DNA of 64,000 nt from Candidatus Helarchaeota archaeon (GCA_019058315.1 JAHPZH010000002.1:416001-480000), one strand, 5' to 3'; positions 48,773-58,571 are shown, numbered from the stretch's first letter. Program-made: numbers and translations. The notes: generated by a model not told the origin, from the letters alone.

Positions 48773-50107
48773 TTAACTCTCTAATTTTTTATTTTTAATA
48801 ATCTCATCTAATAATACTGTGGCATAAGAACCTCGTTTTAAAGTAAAATCTATTTTGATCTTGTTTTTAGATTGATTAAGTTCATCTAAATCGATTTTTT
48901 TTATTTTAAAATTTAAAGGAGAAAATAATATTGGTCGAAATCCTCCTTTACGATTTAAATGAAGGATTTTGGAATTAAAATCTTTCAATTCTATTTCTTC
49001 TTCTTTTAATAATTCTCTGATATAATCTTCTTTTATTTCTGTTTGAGATCCTATAAGTGGAGCTGCTATTACAGCTTTATTTATTTCTATCAAATGCTCT
49101 AGATGAGTAAGATTCTTTTCGGAAGTAGATACAACTGCTCGAGTTGGTAATCCTTGATTATCTAAAATTAACACAAAATCATTTATCCTTAAATCGCTAA
49201 AAGCAATTTTTTTTTCTTTTCTTTTACTTAATATTTTATTAAAAATATAGGATTGATAAGCATAGATTAACATACTTTGTAGCCTATTTGGAAGTGCCTC
49301 AAATGCTTTTCTATAATCATTTGGAAATTTAGTCAAAGATTTAATCATCATTATCTCATAAAGCAAACGCTTTGGAAAATTATTTATAGCTTTTTCAAAA
49401 TCCCAATTCTCTTTTAATTCTATTCTAGCATTACTTGCATCAATTCTTTCATCTGGATACACTTTAGTTAAATATATTTTAACAGCATCTTCATAATTAC
49501 CTTTTAAAAGAGCTTTACCAACTAAATGTGATATAGGTCGAATTTTTCCAAATCTTTGCTGACCAAAATAATTAATTAAACCACTGCTGATTTCATTTCT
49601 AATAGAATTTATAACCTCCTCTATTTTTTCAGTGCTTAATTCTAAATCTCTTATAACTATTCTAAAGTGATTTCCAAATAAGTTACCAATATTTAATGCC
49701 GATTTTATATAATTATAATTACGTAGGTAGATATTTCCAAGTTCTATATTTTTAATAATATTCAAGTCTGTATCTTTAATACTGATAAATTGTGAGGTAA
49801 TAGCTTCCTTATCTTTCATCCCCGCGAATCCTATCCTGGATATAGAGATTTTTAATGAACTAGCTAATATTTGTATTGCTCTTAAGGTCTCTACACCATG
49901 CTTTTCTAAACTTAATCTAAGGTATCGGGTGGGTTCGTTTAATTTAATTTCTGAATTCTCTTTAAAACAATATGAGATTTCATTATCAAGCGAAATTTCC
50001 TCAACAATAAAATCTTTTAGGGTTTGGCGAATTTTACCACCGATACCTGGGAGCTTCGTTGAATAATAACTTAAACCCAAGGATTTTAAGTTGATTGGAC
50101 GCATCAA
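48773..50107 (-). CDS. truD: tRNA pseudouridine(13) synthase
   Basis: DFIVEE, FAGMKD, GNHF.I, NYFGQQRFG, F.LKRGSYAT. Confidence 0.95.
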   Translation of the reverse strand: MMRPINLKSLGLSYYSTKLPGIGGKIRQTLKDFIVEEISLDNEISYCFKENSEIKLNEPTRYLRLSLEKHGVETLRAIQILASSLKISISRIGFAGMKDKEAITSQFISIKDTDLNIIKNIELGNIYLRNYNYIKSALNIGNLFGNHFRIVIRDLELSTEKIEEVINSIRNEISSGLINYFGQQRFGKIRPISHLVGKALLKGNYEDAVKIYLTKVYPDERIDASNARIELKENWDFEKAINNFPKRLLYEIMMIKSLTKFPNDYRKAFEALPNRLQSMLIYAYQSYIFNKILSKRKEKKIAFSDLRINDFVLILDNQGLPTRAVVSTSEKNLTHLEHLIEINKAVIAAPLIGSQTEIKEDYIRELLKEEEIELKDFNSKILHLNRKGGFRPILFSPLNFKIKKIDLDELNQSKNKIKIDFTLKRGSYATVLLDEIIKNKKLES

Positions 50108-50259
50108 GTAAGAGATTCTCCATAAATTTTAGAATATCCAAGTTAATTAATTATTCTTATTAATTATGATTTAGATTTTTTTATTTAGAATATAAGACAA
50201 ATTTTATTTCATCAAATTAAATCTAGACATTGTGAATTTATTTTTAGGAAAAAAAATCA

Positions 50260-50655
50260 ATGAAAATAAGAGATTCTAAAGCTAAAAAATTAGAAGATAA
50301 TGAGATTAAACAAATTATTTTAATTAGAACAGACTTAAAAATGACAAAAGGAAAAATTGCGGCACAAGCTGCTCATGCCGCTGTGGCGACTCAAGAGATT
50401 GTTCGTTTAAAAAATAAACACATTTGGAAAAAATGGTTATTAGAAGGTCAAAAGAAAGTAGTTTTAAAAGTAAATTCAGAAGATGAATTATTGTATTATT
50501 TTAATGAGGCAAAAAAAGTTAATTTACCTGCAGAATTGATACATGATAGGGGATTGACACAACTACCTCCAAATACATTAACAGCTTTAGGAATTGGACC
50601 AATTCTAGAAAAAGAAGCTAAAAAAATTAAGTTAGATGAATTAAAATTACTTTAA
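50260..50655 (+). CDS. pth2: Peptidyl-tRNA hydrolase 2
   Basis: RTDLKM..GKIAAQAAHA, GQKKVVLK, D.GLTQ, GIGP. Confidence 0.95.
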   Translation: MKIRDSKAKKLEDNEIKQIILIRTDLKMTKGKIAAQAAHAAVATQEIVRLKNKHIWKKWLLEGQKKVVLKVNSEDELLYYFNEAKKVNLPAELIHDRGLTQLPPNTLTALGIGPILEKEAKKIKLDELKLL

Positions 50656-50656
50656 A

Positions 50657-51166
50657 TTATTCAAAAGTAATACGTATTCGCTCATTTATTAGATTTGAAA
50701 TAAGATCTTCAAGAACTTCAGGTGGAGCCGGCATTTTTCTTTGATCTGACTTATATATTCTTGCTTTACTTTCCACTTCTCCAGTTGGGAGAAAAATTCT
50801 ATTAATACCGATAGCTCGTGCTGGTGCTATTAGGTCTTCGAGGATTTTTTTTACATTAGTCGTCTTTTCAATAACTCTAAATGTCTTTTTGAATTTGTCT
50901 TGTAGGGTTTTGATTACTTTACCTCTAGGTCCTATTAGCGCTGCTATATCTCCCTTCCCAACTTCCAATACTATTAAATGACCAATATCATATGCTTTAA
51001 AAAAATTAATGTCAGATAGTCCTTTAAAATCGTTTTCTAGCTCCATTAATGCATTGGAAATATCAATATCAAGCTGAGTTATTTCTCCGTATTCCAATTT
51101 TTCGTTACAATTTGCACATAGAACTCCGGTTTTTGCGCAAATTTTACAGATGGGTATTTTTCGCAT
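50657..51166 (-). CDS. Archaeal NusA-like KH-domain protein with N-terminal Zn finger
   Basis: PICKICAKTGVLCANC; LIGPRG (GxxG KH loop). Confidence 0.8.
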   Translation of the reverse strand: MRKIPICKICAKTGVLCANCNEKLEYGEITQLDIDISNALMELENDFKGLSDINFFKAYDIGHLIVLEVGKGDIAALIGPRGKVIKTLQDKFKKTFRVIEKTTNVKKILEDLIAPARAIGINRIFLPTGEVESKARIYKSDQRKMPAPPEVLEDLISNLINERIRITFE

Positions 51167-51563
51167 AAATTAATCCCAAAATATTAAAATTCTTGAAACT
51201 AGTTTCTAATAATAATAATTTCTAAAATAAACTTAAAGTTTATCAACGAACGATTAATTATTTTTATTTAAAAATTTTCCTAGAATTGTTAATTTAGTTA
51301 GATTATTTTAAAAAAAAACGATTTCGGAATGATTTGTGATTTAAACCAATGATAGTAAAAATAGAGTCAATAAATCCAAAAAAATTATACCAAAATTGTA
51401 AAAAAGATTTACATATTGCGAATTAATTATAATAATTAGAGTTTTTAATTAAAAACTTAAAATAAGTGTAAATAGATGGATTCTGTTTTTTTATTAATTT
51501 GCACAAATTTAAACAAAAAATTAAGCCGTTACTACTTTTAAAATGTAATATATGGTGATTTAA

Positions 51564-52067
51564 ATGGGTGTTTTTAAACGTAAAAGTGAAAAATTAACAA
51601 CAGATATACAAAAATGGATTAAACAACTTAATGAATTAAATATAAACCAAAATAATTCAGCTAATGAATTATTTGGACAAATTGAAAAACTTTTAGCGGA
51701 AAATCAAGATGGTAAAGCTAAAATTGTTAGAAAAATTGAAGATCAAGTCTTTGATTTTCTAGAAAAAGAAAATGACTTGCTTTTTATTATAGAAAGCATA
51801 GGAGGAATTGAACTCAAAATCGTTGAAGTTGATCAAGTTTTAATCGAAATAAATGATGAACAAAAAATATTAGAAGCAATAACAGTATCAACAAAGAATT
51901 TAGCTAAATCAACCTTAGACATAAAAAAAGATATGCAAGAGAGTATAAAGAATGAAATTCAAGAAATTATAAAAGCATATAAACATAAAAGAACCCAAAT
52001 CACAAAAACAATAAATAGTATTAACGAAAAATTGTCTTCGAGTTTAAAAAAAGTTGATTTTATTTAA
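51564..52067 (+). CDS. Hypothetical helical/coiled-coil protein
   Basis: All-helical heptad composition; N-terminal MGVFKRK; GGTGA SD upstream. Confidence 0.6.
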   Translation: MGVFKRKSEKLTTDIQKWIKQLNELNINQNNSANELFGQIEKLLAENQDGKAKIVRKIEDQVFDFLEKENDLLFIIESIGGIELKIVEVDQVLIEINDEQKILEAITVSTKNLAKSTLDIKKDMQESIKNEIQEIIKAYKHKRTQITKTINSINEKLSSSLKKVDFI

Positions 52068-52221
52068 ACTAACATCCTCTTTTTTTTAGGAACCCCATAG
52101 AAATTTATATTTATCTTACTTTTTTTAAAGCCCATGATATTTTAAAATGAAATAACTTAATTTCTAAATATAATATTATGGCAATTTATTATGGTTTTTT
52201 TAATATTCTAGATTAGGGGTT

Positions 52222-53829
52222 TTGATGGAAAAATACGTTAAACATTCGCTTATCAAAGAAAAAAAAATACAAAGAAGAATTTATCAAGAGACATTATTAG
52301 CTTCATGTGCAAATAAAAATAGTTTAATTATTTTACCTACAGGTCTTGGTAAAACAATAATAGCAGTCTTAATTTCTACTTATCGATTGAAAAAATTTCC
52401 AAATTCAAAGATAGTATTTCTAGCTCCTACTAAACCATTAGTAGAACAGCATTATCAAACTTATAAAAATGTCTTAACATTAGAAGAATCACTTCTCACT
52501 ACATTAACAGGAAGTGATACTCCTGAAAAACGTAATAAATTATGGAAAAAATCAAGAATTATCTTTATTACTCCTCAGACTTTAGAAAATGACCTAATCG
52601 ATAATAGAGTAAGTTTATCTTCCATATCTTTAATGATTTTTGATGAAGCTCATAGAGCAATTGGCAATTATGCATATACATTTTTAGCAAAGAAATATAT
52701 GGAAGAAGCAGATAATCCATTAATTACTGCCTTAACTGCTTCTCCTGGGAATGAAGAAAAAATCAATGAAGTAAGAGAAAACTTATTTATTAAAAATATT
52801 GAAATTCGGGATGAGAAAAGCAATGATGTTGCACCATATATCCAAGATATCAAGATTGAGAGAAAATTTATAGAGTTGCCTAAAGAATTTAAGCAGATAA
52901 AATTATTGATTGAAAAAAAACTCAAATATTATTTAAAAGAATTAAAAAAATATCATTTCGTCAAGACTTTTAATTTAAAGGAAATTAATAAAAAAGATCT
53001 ATTGGCAGTTCAAAGCAAAATTCAAGCAAAAATAAAATCTGGGGAAAAAAATACAGAAATTTTTGAATCTGTGAAAAATATTGCTGTTGCAGTTAAGCTG
53101 TCACATATGTTAGAACTATTAGAAACCCAAGGTCTAACTTCATTAAATGAATACTTTAAAAAAATGAAAGCTGGAAGAAAAAAATCTGATTTAGTAATTG
53201 TTAATGATGAAGAAATGGAAAAATTAGAAAAAATGATGCAAGATCTTATCTCAAAGAATATAGATCACCCAAAAATTGAAACTTTAAAACAAACATTGAA
53301 TGAACAGCTTCATGAAAATGAAAAATCAAGAATTATAGTTTTTATTCATTATCGAGTATCTGCACAGAAAGTAGTTGAAGTCTTAACAACTATAGATAAA
53401 ATTTATCCAATCAAATTTATTGGCCAACAAAGTAAACGTGGAGATAAAGGTCTCAGTCAAAAGGAACAAATAAGTATACTTCAAAAATTTCGAGATGGTG
53501 AATATAACGTCTTAGTTGCAACATCCGTCGCAGAAGAAGGGTTGGATATTTCTGAATGCGACCTTGTTGTCTTTTATGATGCTGTTCCCAGTAGCATTCG
53601 TACAATTCAAAGGAGAGGGAGAACAGGTAGAAAATCTCCTGGAAAAGTCATAATGTTAATAGCTAAGGGAACAAGAGATGAAGGCTATTATTGGGCATCT
53701 ATTTCTAAAGAAAAAAGAATGAAAAGAACACTTAAAGAACTGCAAAAAAATTCGGTTGATATTGAAGAAAAAAAATCAAAAATCTCTTCAAAGCAAACAA
53801 AAATTGATAAATTCTTTAAAAGTGAATAA
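52222..53829 (+). CDS. hef: Hef/FANCM/Mph1-type DEAH helicase without ERCC4 nuclease domain
   Basis: LPTGLGKT, LAPTKPL, DEAH, TASPG, HPK, ATSVAEEGLD, QRRGRTGR; C-terminal PIP box QTKIDKFF. Confidence 0.9.
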   Translation: MMEKYVKHSLIKEKKIQRRIYQETLLASCANKNSLIILPTGLGKTIIAVLISTYRLKKFPNSKIVFLAPTKPLVEQHYQTYKNVLTLEESLLTTLTGSDTPEKRNKLWKKSRIIFITPQTLENDLIDNRVSLSSISLMIFDEAHRAIGNYAYTFLAKKYMEEADNPLITALTASPGNEEKINEVRENLFIKNIEIRDEKSNDVAPYIQDIKIERKFIELPKEFKQIKLLIEKKLKYYLKELKKYHFVKTFNLKEINKKDLLAVQSKIQAKIKSGEKNTEIFESVKNIAVAVKLSHMLELLETQGLTSLNEYFKKMKAGRKKSDLVIVNDEEMEKLEKMMQDLISKNIDHPKIETLKQTLNEQLHENEKSRIIVFIHYRVSAQKVVEVLTTIDKIYPIKFIGQQSKRGDKGLSQKEQISILQKFRDGEYNVLVATSVAEEGLDISECDLVVFYDAVPSSIRTIQRRGRTGRKSPGKVIMLIAKGTRDEGYYWASISKEKRMKRTLKELQKNSVDIEEKKSKISSKQTKIDKFFKSE

Positions 53830-53917
53830 TAAAAAATATATCAATATCATTAAATTTCCTTTATTATAAGGATTATTTAATATTTTAAATCGATTTAATG
53901 TCTATTGTGAAATTAAA

Positions 53918-54157
53918 ATGGCAGAAAACGAAGTGCCAAAATGCAAAATTTGCGAAAAAAGAATCGAATCTGGTGAGTTTTGTGAATACCACGAACTAGC
54001 AAAGAAAAATGTTGATGCAAATTATGATAATTGGAATGAAGCATACGGTGGAGATCTTTCCTTAAAACAATATTTAGAAAAAATTGCTGAGCATGAAAAA
54101 TCTGGAAGATGGGTAAGAGAAGTCGCAGAATATCTTTTAAAAAATAAAAAATTTTAG
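53918..54157 (+). CDS. Small conserved Zn-binding protein
   Basis: CKIC...FCEYH...W..AYG...YL...G.WV.EVA. Confidence 0.65.
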   Translation: MAENEVPKCKICEKRIESGEFCEYHELAKKNVDANYDNWNEAYGGDLSLKQYLEKIAEHEKSGRWVREVAEYLLKNKKF

Positions 54158-54162
54158 GATTT

Positions 54163-54885
54163 TCAAATTAAATGATTCAAATTTAAAATATTTTTAGGAT
54201 CTATAACACTTTTTAATTTTCGTAACAATTTTAATTCTTCATCATTAAATCCTGATTGAACATTAATTGAGCTAAATTCTCCCTTTCTATTATCTGTTGG
54301 GCGAATAATTGGATCAAGGCGTAGTATTGCTTTAATTATAATTCCAAAAACTCCTTGTGAACCGATATAAAGTGAAGTTACGTCATACCCAGATACGGAT
54401 TTTAAAGTTTTAGAACCTGTATGAATTAATTCACCAGTTGGTAATATTACTTCTAAACCTAAAACGTAATCAGCTGTTTTATTTTGATTTTTTCCTATAA
54501 TATTATTAAAGATCATCTGGCCTATATTGAGCTCTGAGTTATCTTCTTTAAATGGAAGAAAAGTAAAATTTTCCTTGCTTAAAATTTGGTTTAAATTTTT
54601 AGCTTTTACTCTTGGCTCCACAATAGCATATCGATTTGCTACATTAATTTCACAAATTTCACTAAAATTATTAAAAATTAGAAAAATATAAGGGGTATCT
54701 CCTGATTTAGGTTTAATTTTTAATTTAACAGAATAATTATAATAAACTGGAATATGCTCTGAATTCGCGAAGAGTAATATTCTTATAATTTCTTCCTTAT
54801 TTGTAATATATACCTGAAAAATTAAGTCTTTTTTATTGAAACTAATACGATTTGCTTGTAGAAATTGCTCAATTTTTAAAGACAT
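54163..54885 (-). CDS. Short FAD-linked oxidase (GlcD-like) lacking the cap domain
   Basis: VEP, VLGLEVILPTGE, KSVSGYD, IGSQGVFGII, K..IDPKNILN. Confidence 0.75.
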   Translation of the reverse strand: MSLKIEQFLQANRISFNKKDLIFQVYITNKEEIIRILLFANSEHIPVYYNYSVKLKIKPKSGDTPYIFLIFNNFSEICEINVANRYAIVEPRVKAKNLNQILSKENFTFLPFKEDNSELNIGQMIFNNIIGKNQNKTADYVLGLEVILPTGELIHTGSKTLKSVSGYDVTSLYIGSQGVFGIIIKAILRLDPIIRPTDNRKGEFSSINVQSGFNDEELKLLRKLKSVIDPKNILNLNHLI

Positions 54886-54918
54886 TTTAATAAGTAGTGT
54901 TAATTTATTTTAAAGTAA

Positions 54919-55080
54919 TTATTTCGTAATGTCTCTTTTTTTCCAGCGCAAATTTTTTGTATGGCAACGTCTACATCTTATTGCGGCTTGAGAATTAGTG
55001 GCTCCGCACTTCCGGCATATTTTATAAAATAAAAGTGACTTGACAGCAATTGCTTTTTTAATAGGATCCGTGATTGGCAT
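54919..55080 (-). CDS. rpl40e: 50S ribosomal protein L40e (not in ORF track)
   Basis: MPITDPIKKAIAVKSLLFYKICRKCGATNSQAAIRCRRCHTKNLRWKKRDITK. Confidence 0.95.
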   Translation of the reverse strand: MPITDPIKKAIAVKSLLFYKICRKCGATNSQAAIRCRRCHTKNLRWKKRDITK

Positions 55081-55189
55081 AAGTTAATCAATTCTATTTT
55101 GTTTTTTACATAATATTTTATACAACTAATAATATTTCCTTTCAATAAAAATTATTCTAATAAGTCAAAGAAAATAAGCCTAAAATTAT

Positions 55190-56869
55190 TTAAGGGACTA
55201 TGCCACTACACTCAGGGCAAATTCTTGTATGAATAGAAATTGGTGCCGAACAATGGGGACAAATTCTAACAGGATTACCACATTGTGGACAGATTTTTTT
55301 TGTGGAAGGTAGAGCTGTCTGACAATGTTTACAAATTACTTTAGCTCCTTTAATTTCTGGAACTTTTTCTGTGTCGATTTCAGTAGGGGAAATAACTTTC
55401 GATTCAGTAGTAGTTTGATTTTTACTAGTCGTATTTTTTTCTTTCTCATCTAAGGGTTTTTCTAAGCTTATGGGCTCCAAAGTTTTTTCTTTTGAACTTG
55501 AATCATCAAGTAAATCAGTTAATTCTGTAAGTGCTTCATCGAAACTTTGAATTTCTGAAGAATCAGAACTTTCTTCAGCCGTTTCTAAAAGTTTTTCCAA
55601 ATCAGTTAATGTTTCTTCAAACTCTTCTTCGGCTATTATAGGTTCTTCAGGAGTAGGTTGTTTTTTAACGGCTTCTTCAACAAGTTTTTCTGGTTCTTCA
55701 TCCTCTATCCTCAATTCTATTTTCTTCTCTACTTTATTAATTAATTGGTCTAATTTTCCAACTAATTTTTTATCATATTCGTCTAATGAAGCAACTTTTT
55801 CATCTAAAATTTTAGCTTTTGTTTCTTCCATTTCACTTGGAATTACTCTTGTCAGCTTAAGAATACCTTTTTTCTGAAACTTACGTAAAATACTCATTAG
55901 TTCTACCTTATCAATGGAAAATATATTACAGATATCTTCTATGGTGTTTCTCCCATCACACATTTTCAAAATTTTTTGTTCATTTTTTGACATTTTTACT
56001 TTAGGTTCATCAACTAATAAGATGGGAAAGTGATAAATAATATCTTCATCAGCTATTGGAACATCTGCACTTTGGGGTTGAAATTCTGGTATTTCATTTA
56101 TTTCACTCACAGGTTTCGGTGCTGAAGGTTTTGCCACAAAGGGTACAGCTGGCTTTTTTAATTCTATCGGCGGTGTGGTCTTTCTTACTACTGGAGGGGG
56201 TGGCTTTGGTTTACTTACTAACTTCACTTCTTTGGGTATCTTTATTGCAGGTTTTTCGCCAGGTTCACCTTCTTTACCGCCAATTACACGTTTTAATCTA
56301 ACCCAACCTTTCTTTTGATATTTTTTTAGTATTTCATTTACTTTCAATCTAGGTATCTTTGTTTCTTCACAAATCTCTGTAATGGTCTTCTTACTATCAA
56401 TCTTATGTAAAATCGATGCTTCATCCATAGGAAATTTCTTCTTATCAATAGAAACTGTCAGTACTGGAATTCTTTCAGCGCTCACTGTAATTGTTTTTCT
56501 AGATTCAGCTTCTTTCTTAACTGGAGTAGCTTGAATTATTTCATCTTCTATCCTATCAGCAAATCTAAACATTCTACTTTTGAATGCCAATAATTGACCC
56601 ACTGGTCCTTCTCTTGTATGTAATACAACTATGGAATGTTCTGATGTTTTAAAAAAAACAAGGTTTACACCAGAAAGGGGTATGCTATGGTCCCCAATAC
56701 CCAAAAGACTAAAATTTTCTTCGATATATGATTGAAGAAATGGAAGATATTTTTTTAAAGCTCCTTGCATGTAGTAAACTTTATCATTTTCACCAAATAT
56801 TCCTAAATAAGTGGCTTTTGATAAAATTTTATTCATATACTCGATTATTTCGTTCGCAATGTCATCCAT
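55190..56869 (-). CDS. Multidomain protein: roadblock/longin-like N-terminus, two winged helices, Pro-rich and acidic linkers, C-terminal double zinc ribbon
   Basis: IPVL...ILHKIDSKKTITEI...KKGWVRL and FPIL...ILKMCDGRNTIEDI...KKGILKL; CKHC/CPQC/CPHC/CPEC. Confidence 0.7.
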   Translation of the reverse strand: MDDIANEIIEYMNKILSKATYLGIFGENDKVYYMQGALKKYLPFLQSYIEENFSLLGIGDHSIPLSGVNLVFFKTSEHSIVVLHTREGPVGQLLAFKSRMFRFADRIEDEIIQATPVKKEAESRKTITVSAERIPVLTVSIDKKKFPMDEASILHKIDSKKTITEICEETKIPRLKVNEILKKYQKKGWVRLKRVIGGKEGEPGEKPAIKIPKEVKLVSKPKPPPPVVRKTTPPIELKKPAVPFVAKPSAPKPVSEINEIPEFQPQSADVPIADEDIIYHFPILLVDEPKVKMSKNEQKILKMCDGRNTIEDICNIFSIDKVELMSILRKFQKKGILKLTRVIPSEMEETKAKILDEKVASLDEYDKKLVGKLDQLINKVEKKIELRIEDEEPEKLVEEAVKKQPTPEEPIIAEEEFEETLTDLEKLLETAEESSDSSEIQSFDEALTELTDLLDDSSSKEKTLEPISLEKPLDEKEKNTTSKNQTTTESKVISPTEIDTEKVPEIKGAKVICKHCQTALPSTKKICPQCGNPVRICPHCSAPISIHTRICPECSGIVP

Positions 56870-57152
56870 TTTTTATTTGTTCCCTCTTTGATAATTATAT
56901 GAAGACTTACGCTAAAATAATTTATATTTATTGATATTATTTGATTCCTAGCAAATAAATCTTAATTTCAACCAAATTAATTTTTAATTTTTTTAATTTA
57001 TACGTTTATATAAAAAAATCGAAATACGCGCACTTTTTAAGATTTCTTGATGATTAGAAAGTTAAATAGGTTCTTATTCAAGATAAGCATAAAATTATGG
57101 TAAAATAATTAGAAATAATGTATTAAATATTAAAATCTAAAACTTGATATGA

Positions 57153-57251
57153 TGGGCTTGCTGGGAATTGAACCCAGGAACCTCTGCCACGTGAGGGCAG
57201 CGTCATAACCCTTTTCCACAAGTAATTTTACTAGTGCTAGACCACAAGCCC
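57153..57251 (-). tRNA. tRNA-Val(CAC) with ~25-nt insertion/intron in the D-loop
   Basis: Acceptor GGGCTTG/CAAGCCC-A, anticodon arm CTGCC-CTCACGT-GGCAG, T arm CTGGG-TTCAATT-CCCAG; 99 nt total. Confidence 0.88.
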
Positions 57252-57382
57252 TTAATTGATTATTTTTATAAATTTCTTTTTAATTCTATTATTTTAAAAA
57301 ATAAGTAGAAATATTTAATTTTATTATTACCAAGTAGACAAATTAAGAATGCTATAGTAATTAAAGGTTGTGTATAAAGAAT

Positions 57383-57577
57383 ATGCCAAAAACTATTCAA
57401 GATATCAAAGATTTTATAGAACTTTCAAAAAGTGCGACAGAATGTAGGATTAAAAGAAAAAGAGACGCTGTAAAAATTAAATTGAGAACTAAAAATACTT
57501 TATATGTATTAAAAATCGAACCTAATGAAGCAGAAGAAGTAATAAAAAAGATAAAATGTCAAATTATTGAAATGTAA
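57383..57577 (+). CDS. rpl38e: 50S ribosomal protein L38e
   Basis: MPKTIQDIKDFIEL...RIKR...KIKLRTKNTLYVL; ATG at 57383 preferred over the tracked TTG. Confidence 0.9.
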   Translation: MPKTIQDIKDFIELSKSATECRIKRKRDAVKIKLRTKNTLYVLKIEPNEAEEVIKKIKCQIIEM

Positions 57578-57586
57578 TTTTAAAAA

Positions 57587-58546
57587 TTAGATTTGTATAA
57601 GTGGATAAATTAAAATCGTTGTGGGTTTAAAAAATAAAATAATTATTAATAAGGATAATAAAAAAGAAGAAATTCCTAACCCGATAGAAATTGGTAATCC
57701 AGGAAGCATTTTTCTTTTTTGTAATAATTTAAATGTTATTTTAACTCCAATTAACACTCCTATTATACTCACAAAAAAAGGTATTAATGAGATTATGAGA
57801 CCATAAGTCATTAGAAAACTAAAATAAGTATATGGAACCCTACAATTATATAATATATGAGATGTGAGCATAGTATAAAAAACTAAGTCTCCTAAGCCAA
57901 TTTCCCATTCTTCTGAACCAAAGGAGAGTTGTTTAATATAATTATCATCTTCTTCTTGATTAAGTTCCACAATTTGCTTTATTGGTCCTTTTTTTACAGC
58001 ATAAATATCCCAAATTGAGAATAAGGCTAACATTAAAAATGTTGTCCATGAGGGTAACCAAATACCTAGAAATGAACCTAACCCCCCACCTATAATTAAA
58101 AGAGATGCATTTTTTCTCCTTTCTGAAGCAGTTTCAGAAAATAATTGGTAGGTAATTATAATTCCCAATACAATTGATACAATTGTAACCGGAATATCAG
58201 AATTATAAATATTAAAAATGACCATTAAGAAGTAGCCATAAAAAATCATGATCATAGTTGTAAGGACAAGGAAACTGGTAAATAAAATTGCTCTTAATAA
58301 TTTCATTTTTCCGTATTTTATAATTAAAAAGATAAGAAATCCTCCAACAATTCCGAAGCCTAAATAAAACAAAGCATTGAAAAGACCAAAAGTTGCTCCA
58401 CCTATCGCCTCTGGAAAAATTACTGCCTCTTGATATATTTCGCCAGAGATAATAGCAATTAATGTTAGAGCGGCACCAACTATGATTGTAATTATTATAG
58501 GTATTATGGTAGATTTTTTTATGTGAAGGACTAATTCGGAGGTCAA
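57587..58546 (-). CDS. Presenilin-like GxGD intramembrane aspartyl protease (A22)
   Basis: IWDIYAV, IGLGDLVFY, LPGLPI (PAL-like); ~9 TMs. Confidence 0.9.
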   Translation of the reverse strand: MTSELVLHIKKSTIIPIIITIIVGAALTLIAIISGEIYQEAVIFPEAIGGATFGLFNALFYLGFGIVGGFLIFLIIKYGKMKLLRAILFTSFLVLTTMIMIFYGYFLMVIFNIYNSDIPVTIVSIVLGIIITYQLFSETASERRKNASLLIIGGGLGSFLGIWLPSWTTFLMLALFSIWDIYAVKKGPIKQIVELNQEEDDNYIKQLSFGSEEWEIGLGDLVFYTMLTSHILYNCRVPYTYFSFLMTYGLIISLIPFFVSIIGVLIGVKITFKLLQKRKMLPGLPISIGLGISSFLLSLLIIILFFKPTTILIYPLIQI

Positions 58547-58571
58547 AAATATCTACCAAATTTAAATTTCT

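Noticed and set aside
56870-57380. Integrated element or prophage at tRNA-Val
   Set aside because: No integrase, no duplicated tRNA 3' end seen, and flanking genes look chromosomal.
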